A stretch of DNA of 64,000 bases from Octopus vulgaris. Taxonomy: Eukaryota. The notes under the pieces were generated by a model. It was not told where the DNA came from and did no database searches. It saw only the letters and a program-made list of their open reading frames with translations. The number at the start of each line of letters is the position of its first letter. Position 1 is the first letter of the stretch. Of this stretch, positions 53,482 through 64,000 are shown in pieces. The translations under genes and the position numbers were made by a program. Location: positions 54,746,001 through 54,810,000 of the forward strand of contig OX597822.1 in assembly GCA_951406725.2 (NCBI GenBank), read 5' to 3'.

Positions 53482-55749
53482 TGTGAAACATGTTATCTGC
53501 TCATGAAATATTGTTTTCAAGGAAATATACTCCACGTTTCACTTATACTGAGTTCTTTATTTGTAGTGTTGATTGCCTAATCATATGATTAAGTATATTT
53601 AATATACTTACATACATAGACACATTCACACATACACATATATTTATATCTATTAATCCAGTAATATGCCTACCTACCTATTTGTCTGCCCAGGTGTATG
53701 TTTGTGTGCTTATGTATATACATAAGTAATGAACTGGAAAAATGGGTGGTCAGTACCAGTAATGTGGACAAACAATTGTTTTTAAAAGAATTGTAGCTAC
53801 ATTTATGGCACCTAAGGTTTCCTGTTGACAGAGATCATCTTTTTTGCGCATAAGTGCAGATTCTGTATTTTGTCAGGAACAAATTGAAGTAATCATGATT
53901 TTAGACTGGTTCTGTATTAGTGTTTTACTATAATATTCATGTGTCTAAATGTTTTGGAGTATTCTAATGTTTAAATCTAATTGAGCAGACCTGTGATCAA
54001 AGCTGTTCCAGCTGTAAGCATCCCATCTTCTTTTGAGGTATAATGTGCCTAAGATTATATTAGTCATCCTTTCTGGGGTTTTTTAAAAGAAACTAGGGTG
54101 TGACTTGAAAGAGATTTGTCTATTATTTTTGCAGATCAAATGTAGTGGTTCTGTTGTTTGATTGTACATGTAAATATTTATATGAGTGAGAAAATATCTT
54201 AATTTGATTTCTCATGTTATTCTAATCCAGGTCGGCTTTGATTCTGCATACCTGTAGTCAAAAGTATTTCATTCATGATTGCTCTGTCATTGTTTTCAAG
54301 CATAGCATATCTAAGAGTGCATTATCCAATATATCCTTCTTGTGTGATTTGAATGACATTTAGCTGCTATTACTAACGTGTTAAAAAGAGCTTGTTACTG
54401 TTGTTGTTCTTATTGACCATGTTGCTGTTACTGCTGTTTTTGTAGTTGTTTTCAGGCATACTATATTTAGGAGTATCTTGTTCCATATTTTATTTTTTAA
54501 AGACATTTGTGTGACTAAATTTGGCTGCTATTATTAACAAGTCAAAAGGATCTTGTTACTGTTGTTGTTTTAGACCATGCTGTTGTTATTTTCTTCCTTT
54601 TACCATAATGACAACTTTCTCTGTCATTAGTTACTATTTTCCTAATCACTTTAATCTCCGAGATTGTAATTAATGAGGAAATTAATGATGAGTCATTGAT
54701 GAGAACTGCATCCCTTGATGACATGAGATGAGATTGTTTTATCCAATTATTCTACAATGTCATTATACCATTATTCCATTATATCATTTCTTTAATCCTT
54801 CATCACACATTCAGATTAACAAGTGGGTTGAAAGCTAATATTATTGTTTCCATCATTGTAATAACATCTTATGTTTTTAATGCTAAGATTAGCTGCCATT
54901 AAATATGGAATCAGAGCCAAGTCTTCTCCAAAGACGGTGTACAATTAGGATTAGTAAACTTCACTGTAGTGTTACTACTACATATAGGACCCAAGACAAT
55001 CTGGTCACTTGACATGCTAGAAATAGCAGTCAAATCACACTCATATCACACCCTGCAATATTAGTAATACTCATAATCTAGTCAGACTTATTTCTAAAAT
55101 GATGGGATGGTTATGCATGGAATGTCTTTTATCATATGCCTGTTTGGTCAGGATTGACTTGATGCTAGATACCAGCTACACATGAACATGTGAGCATTAC
55201 TACTACATTGCCCTCATCCTCCTCATCATCATCACAAGTCTTCCATCATAATTGCCATTATTATTATTATTGTTGTTGTTGTTGTTTGGCCCCAGGCAGA
55301 TCTATAATCAAAGGCAATCTAGCCAAAACCATCTTATTATAAGAACATATTGGACTACATTATCTAATGTATCCTGTCCTCATGTAAGATGGCAGGATGT
55401 GAAATGAAGGAGACATAACTGTTATTTCTATCAACCACATGGATTCTCACTCACTGGTTCCTAAATGTTATTGTTATTGTTGTTTTGAGGCACCATTAGA
55501 TTGGCAGAAATTAGGTGTCAGATTAATGTGCTGTTCACTTATATTTCTTTACATAAACTGAGCAAAAATCCTGCCAAAATTTGATAAAATGATTACCTAT
55601 CATATGTCTATTATCTACTTTGTCCATCTATTGAACATTCTCTACTCCAGTAATATAATATAGTTGATGCAACCTTCTATATACCAGTAATATCATATAG
55701 TTGATACAACCTTCTATGCATTCTCTTCTCATTGCTGTTGTTGTTATTA

Positions 55750-55948
55750 TTATTAAAGCAGCAAGCTAGCAGAATCAGTAGCATGTCAGACAAAATGCAT
55801 TGTGGCATTTCTTCTCTTTAGCTTCTGAGTTCAAATTCCACTGAGGTCAGCTTTGCCTTTCATCTTTTCCATGGGATCAATGAAATAAGCCCCAGTTGAG
55901 TACTGGGGTCAAGGTAAACTTGCTGGCCTTGTGCCAAAATCTGAAAGA

Positions 55949-55987
<39 letters not shown>

Positions 55988-57010
55988 GCTGTGAAGGTGG
56001 AAAGCCGGCAGAATTGTTAGCATGCTGGGCAATATGCTTAGCAGTATTTCTCCTGTCACTACATTCTGAGTTCAAATTCCACCGAGGGCGACTTTGCCTT
56101 TCATCCTTTTGATGGTCGATAAATTAAGTACCAGTGAAATACTGGGGTCAATGTAATCAACTAGTCCCCTCCCCAACGTTTCTGGCCTTGTGTCTATAGT
56201 AAAAAGGATTATTATTAAGGCAGCAAGCTTGGCACAATCGTTAGCACGCCAGACAAAATACTTAGCAACATTTCATCCATCTTTACATTCTGTGTTCAAA
56301 TTCTGCCACAGTTGACTTTGCCTTTCATCCTTTTGGGGTCGATAAATTAAGTACCAGTGAAACGCTGGGGTTGATGTAATCAACTAGTTCCCTCCCCCAA
56401 AAGTGCAGGCTTTGTGCCTTTAGTGGAAAGGATTATCATTATTATTATTAAGGTGGCTGAAATGGCAGGATTGTTAGTATGCTGGACAAATTGCTTAGAA
56501 GCATTTCATCTGTCTTTACGTTCTGAGTCCAAATGCTGTCAAGGTCGATTTTGCCTTTTATCCTTCCAGGGTTGAGGAAATAATTACTGGTTGAACACTG
56601 TGGTTGATGTAATTGACTTACCCAGCCCCCCAAAATCAGGCCTTGTGCCTATAATAGAAAGGATTATTATTATTATAAGGCAGTGGGCTGGCAGAATTGT
56701 TAGCACACTTGATAAAATGCTTAGTGACATTTCATGTCTTTACATCCTGAGTTCAAATCCCCCGAGATTGACTTTGCCTTTCATCCCTTCAGGGTCAATG
56801 AAATAAGTACCGGTCAAGCACTGGGTTTAAAGTAATCGACCAACCTCTACAATTGTTATATTATCAGGCAGTAAGCTGGCAGAATCGTTGAAGCATCAGA
56901 ACTATTGCATTGCAACATTTGTTCTATTAACAAATTTTGAGTTCAGATCCCATCCAGGTGAAATTTGCCCTTCATCCCTCCAGGGTTGATGAATTAAAAT
57001 ACTAGTCAAG
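55750..57010 (+). mobile_element. Head-to-tail cluster of about 6 Meta-like SINEs separated by (ATT)n
   Basis: Repeated ggcag..ctggcagaat.gttagc ... gttcaaattc ... tttgcctttcatcc units start near 55757, 55993, 56217, 56450, 56677 and 56866. Confidence 0.85.
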
Positions 57011-57356
57011 TATTTAGTTATGTCCCTTTATTGGAACTGGCCTTTCAGCTATCCAGACTTGATAAACTGAGTACCAATATCATTACTGAAATTGATCCAG
57101 TAGATTTTATGATCCTACACTGCACAAATTTGTGACTTATGCCTTGTGTTACAAATAAACGTTTGTACACTCAGCTGTAGCCTAAGGATGAGTATGTATG
57201 AAATAGAAGACCACCTTTAAATAATTGTAGCATTTACCAATTGAAACACACTGCTAAACAGGAAGTTGAGAACCTGGATGATCAGTTCTGCACTTGTAAA
57301 AATTATTGATAGACTTGTATGTAGTTAAGCTTTTACTTGATTTAATTTTAAGTTTA

Positions 57357-57498
57357 CAGTTGTGGCCAAAAGTTTTAAACATAGGTGTGAAAATTAAAAT
57401 TTTTATATCAAATGCCCAAAGCTATGTTCGAATCAAATTATACTTGGGCAAACCACTTTAAATTTTAAAAAGATGTTCTAAACTTTTGGCCATGACTA
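57357..57498. mobile_element. Short Tc1-type MITE
   Basis: ta|cagttgtggccaaaagttt ... aaacttttggccatgacta terminal inverted repeats. Confidence 0.7.
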
Positions 57499-57552
57499 TG
57501 TTTATGCAGGAATTAAGCATGCTTTATAAATATTTTTGGTCATTCTTTTTAG

Positions 57553-57655
57553 GTGTATTTTAAGTACAGACATGGCTAAACATAATAACATCTTACATGA
57601 TTTTGAAACAGCTTTGGTCAACTTTGATATAGACAAGAAAGAACATCGTATGCAG
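57553..57655 (+). CDS. PDE9A: PDE9-like exon (CILSTDMAKHNNILHDFETALVNFDIDKKEHRMQ)
   Basis: ttttag acceptor, GTAAG donor; ILxTDMAxH motif; phase matches the previous exon (AG+G = Arg). Confidence 0.96.
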
Positions 57656-59236
57656 GTAAGTTTAAGAAATATTATGTTTAACGTGTGTGTGTGTGAGTGA
57701 GAGAGAGAGAGAGAGAGAAACAGACAGACAGACAGAGATATTGGTTAACTGGTGTATGCTGGATTGATAGAACAAAAAAGGCTATAACAGATATACATAC
57801 ATCCTTTCAGTAGTTTTATGCCTGAAAATTTATCAATATTTGTACAAATTAAAGATTTTCATTTGTTTGAAATCATCTCCGTATTTTATCTTGTTTACAG
57901 TTTAATGTAAAATCAGTGGAAAAGAAGTTGGCTAAAATCTAATTATAATCTTTGGATTAATGTCCCTTCTACTCCTCTTTCTGTGAGACCAATGTTAACC
58001 CTAATCAATTTCAAATAAATTCTATGACATCAATTGTATAGTAATTTATTTCTGAAATTAATTATTGACCTGCCATTGACACTGGAGTTTTCTCTAATGG
58101 CAATATAATTTTCTATTGTTTCTGCAAACCTTCACTGCTCGAGTGTTAGGTGAATCAAACCTGAAGCATTCTGTGCCTTGCCTAAACCCCTGTCCAAGTG
58201 CCAGTAACCAGAACATCTTTCCTCATCCAACCATTGGCATTTCTTTGTTCTTATGTATTTATTTATTTATTTCATTGGCCCCTCCCCCTTCTACCACTCT
58301 CACTCCTATCATTGTTTCTCCAGTTATACTTATACTCTTTCTACTTTCACCTAGATTCTTTCTCTGTCAACATTTTCTCTTCCATTCACCTTCACAGTCA
58401 TGTTTGCCTTGGATGAACAGAGACAATGTAGAGTAGAGAATAGCCATTTAGTCCGACAGGAGTCAATGTAATTTTTATCATGTTGCCATAGTCAGATACT
58501 CCCAGTAGACACTGTAAAGTGATGAGCAAACAAATGGTGACAAATGAAGATGGAGAAGACTTGTTAAATTTGTTGAAGAAGTGATGCCATCCTTAGCATC
58601 ACTTCTTCAATATTACTATGATGAATATCATTATGATCACCATCATTGTCTTCATTTTTATGTAATCTTTTCATGCCGGTATAGGTTGAACAGATTGTTA
58701 CAGTCTGAATCAGGTCTTATTTGGAGCTACTGCCCTTGTAGATTGGTTGGTGCAATGACTTGCTTAAGTGTTAAATTTTTTGATATAATTTTAACTGCTT
58801 GATACTTTTCCTGATGCCAACCACTTTGCAGAGTATACTGGGTGCATTTTGAAGTGGCACCAGCACAGTAGCTGCGCCATGTTCTCAGCAAAACTAACAT
58901 GTCCTCTCTAACTTGAGCCATCACCATTTGTTTGCTAATTGCTTTTGGATACTTACTGAGAGTATTTGATCATGACAACATGACAGAAGTTGTGTTGACT
59001 CCTGCTGGACTAAAAACTATTCTCTACTCTACATTGTCTCTGTTCATCCAAGGCAAACATGACTGTGAAGATGAATGGAAGGAAAAAGGAAATGTTGACA
59101 GAGAAAGAACCTGGGTGAAAGTAGAAAGAGTATGAGTAAAGCTGGAGAAACAGTGATAGAAGAGAGAGCAATGGAAGAAAGACAGTGATAGGCAGCTACG
59201 TGTAAGTTATTGGAAAGGAGATTGAATAGAAAGACT

Positions 59237-59596
59237 TTATTTACATTATTTACATTTGATGGATATTTGTCCTCCTCTTGTTTGTTGTTAACTCAACATT
59301 ACGGCTAATATACCCTCCAGCCTTCATCAGGTGTCTTGGGGGCATATGGCATTGTGGTTAAGAGCATGGGCTACTAATCCCAAGATTCCAAGTTTGATTC
59401 CAGGCAGTGACCTGAAAAATAATAGTAATAATTATAATTATAACAACAACAACATCAAAAAATACCTTAGGAATGAGAACCCAGGTTCGAAATTTCCCCA
59501 AGAGACCTCATGAAGACTGGATAGTATATCACCAAAATGTGCTAACAACAAATAAGATGAGGACAAATATCTGTCAAATGTAAATAATGTACATAA
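59237..59596 (+). mobile_element. tRNA-headed element with inverted ~100-bp arms carrying decayed hammerhead motifs
   Basis: 59237-59341 is the reverse complement of 59496-59596; tRNA-like A and B boxes at 59340-59412. Confidence 0.75.
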
Positions 59597-60294
59597 TTCC
59601 TCATCTCTTAAATATAGAACTGTAGAAAAACTATATTGTCCTTTGATAATAATATATGCTTGTGATGTTCATAATAACAATTGAAGGGCAGTGTGCTTAA
59701 CAATCTTGCTTTGCAGCCATGCAGTTTAACAGGCAGTCCCACTGCATGGTTTTTTGGGCAAGAGTCATCTGCTATATCCTCTGGCTGGCTAATACCTTGT
59801 GAATGAATTTGGTTAACAAAAATTTTGTGGCAGCCTCTGTGTTTGAGTGTGTGTGGGGGTGCATACACTTGTGTTTGTCCCTCACTTTGCTGTTTTTACT
59901 CTTATATTTTACTGACACAGACCAACAATCGTATACAAAACTGCCATTTTATTTTGTACCTTGTGAATTTAGCTAAATTCATATGCTGTTGGTATATGGG
60001 GACACTGGTGATTCAGGAATGTTCCTTACCCTGGGTGTGAAAGAAATGAAATATTTCAACATTAAAAAAAAAAGAAATTAAAATTCTCACTCTCTCAGAC
60101 AAAGAGCCAGTACCAACTCTTCAAATTTATCTTCTCTTCATAAACAACATTGCATAATTTTTACTACTGAAGACCACCATCAGTTACCTATATCTTTTTT
60201 TTCTCACACCTTGTTAATTTCTTTTTTTTTTTGCTTTGATATTTGTTTTTATTAAAATGTAACAAAATTTATTTTCTTCTGCGTATTTTTTTAG

Positions 60295-60399
60295 TTGATG
60301 TCCATGCTTATAAAAGTTGCAGATATTTCAAATGAACTCCGACCTCCTACTGTTGCTGAGCCATGGTTGGACTGTCTGTTGAATGAGTTCTTTGCACAG
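60295..60399 (+). CDS. PDE9A: PDE9-like exon ([35 protein letters not shown])
   Basis: ttttag acceptor, GTCTGT donor; DISNExRP..VAEPWxDCLL is characteristic of PDE9. Confidence 0.97.
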
Positions 60400-61394
60400 G
60401 TCTGTTATTAAATTGTAGATTATTTTATAATATAGCTGTTGTTGTTATCCTTGCTGTTAAACCCCAATCTTGCTTTGATCTCCCAAAACCCATGCTGAAA
60501 ACTGTCTCAGATGTGACTATCCCATATTTTTACATACTGTATTTGGAATTATATTATCAATGTGCTTCCCTATTATTTAAGACAGTTGAGTGTGATTTGA
60601 GGAATATTTGGTTGCTATTTCTAGCAAGTCAAGTGACTGCATTGAAACTTCCTCATTAGCTAACATAGAAATTCCTACATTAGATTATGTTGAAACTCTC
60701 TTTGTTAGCTCACACAGAAACTCTCATTAGTTCACATTGGGATTTCCTCATCAGTACATAGAGAGAATACCTTATTAGCCCACGTGGAGAAGCCTTGTTA
60801 GCTCATACAAAGACCTTATTAGCTCTCACAAAAATTGGCTCATCCACTCACCCTCTCCAATTCCTGATCCACTTCATTTATACACACCATGCTGTAACTT
60901 GGTTATATGGCTTCTGCTCCCTCCCTTTGACATCTTCACCATCTTTTCACTCTCCATTAAGATAACCATATTTTTCCTGCATTGAAAGACACCTTTTCTA
61001 TCCCTCAATACTTCTCCCTGCCCTCAGTTGAGGGGTCTTGGCCTGAAAGTTACTTAGTGGTCTCTCTGCTGCTGGTCCCACATGAAAAGCATCCAGTACA
61101 TTCTGTAAAGTGGTTGGCAGAAGGAAGGGCATCCAGCCATAAAAACCATACCAAAGCAGACAGCAGGGTTTGGTGCAGTCTTCTAGTTTGCCAGTTCCTG
61201 TCAAACTGTCCAAGCTATGCCAGCATGGAAAATGGATGTTGGGGGCAGATAGTGATGTTGATGTTGAGCTGTAGCTGTTATTACTCTTTCTACAGTTGAT
61301 GTTGTAGCAAGCAGCCCCTTTGTGATATGTCAGAGGTTGATATCTCTGTAACTTTACATTGGAATTGATAGTAACATTTACACTTACTATTATT

Positions 61395-61995
61395 GTTGTT
61401 ATATAACACCATCCTGCTCGTCATCTGCTCAAATTTTTAACCCATGTATGCCATCCATCTCAGTCCTACATTATTTGAGGGAGGTCTTTGGCATCCAGTG
61501 TCTCTTGTGAGTTGGTCAACATGTGTTGTATTTGGACGACCTGCTTAAGTACAACCATGCTTTGGCATCCATAGCAGAAGCTCACTTGTCAGTTCTTGTT
61601 TAGCTCACCAGCAATATTCTACAAAGCACAAGTGCTTTGTATAATAGTGGAAACAGGCAGGTGATCTCCAAACAGCTGTGTTTTAGCAGAATGAGTTCTC
61701 CAAGATATGTTTCAGATTGCTCTTAACATTCGGATCTAAGTTCCATCTTGCTTGGATTTTAGTTTTTGGCAAGCGTCCTGGCTGTTGCTCCATATCAGAG
61801 AAGACCCCCATCAATCAATTTGATAATTTCGCATACCTCATTTCTGAGATAGCCTCTACTGAAAAGATGTAAAAACTTGAATAGCCAGAGCATGGCTAAC
61901 CTTCAACAAACTGAATGTTGTCTGGAAATCAAACCAGTCAGACAACTTAAAAAGGAATTTGTTCAGTGCAACAGTAGAGTCAATTCTTTTATATA
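61395..61995 (-). mobile_element. RTE-clade LINE 3' fragment with 5' inversion
   Basis: Minus strand (to about 61800): YGATA.TL..DGT.IRMLRAI.NISWRTH. Plus strand (about 61805-61995): FAYL.SEI..IARAWLTFNKLNVVWKS..FSATVESILLY. Confidence 0.75.
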
Positions 61996-62633
61996 ACACC
62001 AAGTCAGCCCTAATTGAATACATTTATGAACAGAAACACTTCAGTCATGACTATCCAAAATTTTTTTTTTTTTTGGGGGGGGGTTTTAGGAATAATGTAT
62101 TTAAGACTCAAACAACCACAATTGCAGCACGGAAGATGTTTGTAAGCCATTAGTTTCACTTCAACATTTAAATTTCATTATTGTTAAAATATTTTTGCTG
62201 CTTTGAAACCATGACCTGTTCACTGACAAAATTGCATGGTTTTTGTGTGTTCTTGAATGGCTTACAAACATCTTCTATGCTGCAATTGTTTTTGTTTCAG
62301 CACATGATCCCAGATCAAGTCACTTGCTATGCAAGTACATCTCTGTATCTAAGACTGCTTTATGTAAAAATATGACCTTCCTTTTTAAAGAGTGAAGAAG
62401 TGAGATTTGAGAAGATTTGGCTGCTATTTCTAGCAGATCATACAACCACATAGGGGCCACATTTCTGACGAATGATTAATTGTTATGTAATTTAATTTTT
62501 TTTTTCATTATATAAAGTGTCCGATTGGGAAATCATAAGTTAAACATATTTTGATATTTCTTTATATAAAAAAAAAATGCATGTTATCTGGTGTATTATT
62601 AACCTTTTACTGATTTCTGTTTTTATTTGACAG

Positions 62634-62780
62634 AGTGATACAGAGAAACTTGAAGGATTACCTGTGACTAGTTTCATGGATAGAGACACACATGTGAAAT
62701 CTAGATCTCAGGTCCACTTCATAGCCAATGTATTGATGCCTTTAGTCAAGGCCCTCTGTCAGTGCTTCCCCAAGGCAATG
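62634..62780 (+). CDS. PDE9A: PDE9-like exon (SDTEKLEGLPVTSFMDRDTHVKSRSQVHFIANVLMPLVKALCQCFPKAM)
   Basis: gacag acceptor, GTATGT donor; SDxEKxEGLPVxxFMDRD and the invariant Gln (QxxF). No terminal exon found in the window. Confidence 0.96.
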
Positions 62781-64000
62781 GTATGTTCACAGATTTTGTT
62801 CTCCTGTCAATATGCAGCTCATTTTATTTTCCTTACAGTTTGGCTGATCTGTTTGTAGTTTCTCAGTGTTATATCAGGCTGAGATGATCATTCTCATTGT
62901 CACCAGCATCAACACCACCATCATTATCATTATCATTACTACCGTCATAATCGTCACCATCAACACCACCACCCTCATAACCATCACTGTCATCATCATC
63001 ACCTTTATTGTCATCATCATCATCATCATCATTGTCATTATCGTTATCATCAATATTATCAAAATCATCACTGTCATCATCATCATCATCACCACTATTA
63101 TCATTGTCAACATCAGCATTCTTACCATCATTACCATCATTTTTCATCATCATCACCATTATTATCATATCATCATCATCACCACCATTGTTACCATCAC
63201 CTTACTTTTCCATGCTTGCATGCATCATACAGAATTTGTTAAGGCAGATTTCCTACAACCAGATGCCCTCCCTATCACCAAACCTCACCTGTTTCCAAGT
63301 GAGGTGATGTCTTCCCCCCCCCCATTGCCTGACATGTTTTCACAGAATATTGGAAACAGAGTATACCACTTGCCTGACTGTGACACTCATTTACAACTAT
63401 GACCCAAAGTCAAAGCAGGAAGCCAGTGACACACACACATGTATACTTATAGGAAGCATGCATTATACATTGGATAACAAAACTGATTGGATGGTCACCA
63501 ATGGAATGTTTGATCATAGGTTTAGTTGATAAGAGTTGACTACTATATCATCTTTAGATTGATGTTCTGTTATGTAACATGTTGTCACACTTAGATGTCT
63601 GTTTCATAATATAATAACCCAAATAATAAGTTTCAATTTAATGGGTATAATTTATTAAAGATTTATGTATACTTTTATTTTTTTATTCAGTCATTTTTAT
63701 TCAGTCGTTTGACTGTGGCCATGCTGGAGCATGTCTTGAAGTGTTTTTGTCAAGCAATTCCATCCCAAGACTTATTCTATCAATCTCTTTGCCAAATTAC
63801 TAAGTTATGGGGACGTAAAACACTGTCGGTTGTCAAGCAGTGATGGGTGGGGGGACAAACACAGAGACACACACACACACACATATAAGGCACAGAAGTG
63901 GCTGTGTGGTAAGAAGCTTGTTTCCCAACCACATGGTTCTGTGTGGCACCTTGGGCAAGTGTCTATTATAGCCTCGGGCTGACCAAAGCCTTGTGAGAGG

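Noticed and set aside
59340-59412. Functional tRNA gene
   Set aside because: Acceptor and T stems do not pair properly; it behaves as a SINE head. The same applies to the other A/B-box heads in the window.
62866-63402. 178-aa Ile-rich ORF as the PDE9 terminal exon
   Set aside because: (CAT)n low complexity followed by an RTE-tail repeat; no PDE similarity.

Overview
AT-rich, microsatellite- and repeat-dense eukaryotic genomic DNA. The SINE/RTE repeat content suggests a coleoid cephalopod, probably Octopus (inference). The window holds eight + strand coding exons of a PDE9-like cyclic nucleotide phosphodiesterase (10951-62780). All splice phases are compatible, and the first and last exons of the gene appear to lie outside the window. 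The introns contain tRNA-derived SINEs (CORE-like and Meta-like), RTE, R4/Dong and Penelope retroelement remnants, mariner remnants and several MITEs. The main finding is a 3.27-kb array (47374-50640) of six apparently identical 535-bp units plus a 57-bp partial unit, inserted into the (TA)n of a SINE. Each unit carries an intact type I hammerhead ribozyme on the - strand, consistent with a young retrozyme-like or Penelope-derived self-cleaving multimer. A second element (59237-59596) combines a tRNA-like head with decayed hammerhead arms in inverted orientation. A Penelope GIY-YIG remnant lies in the same intron as the array. Most ORFs in the supplied track are microsatellite or repeat artefacts. 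Family names are from recall of motifs, not database searches.
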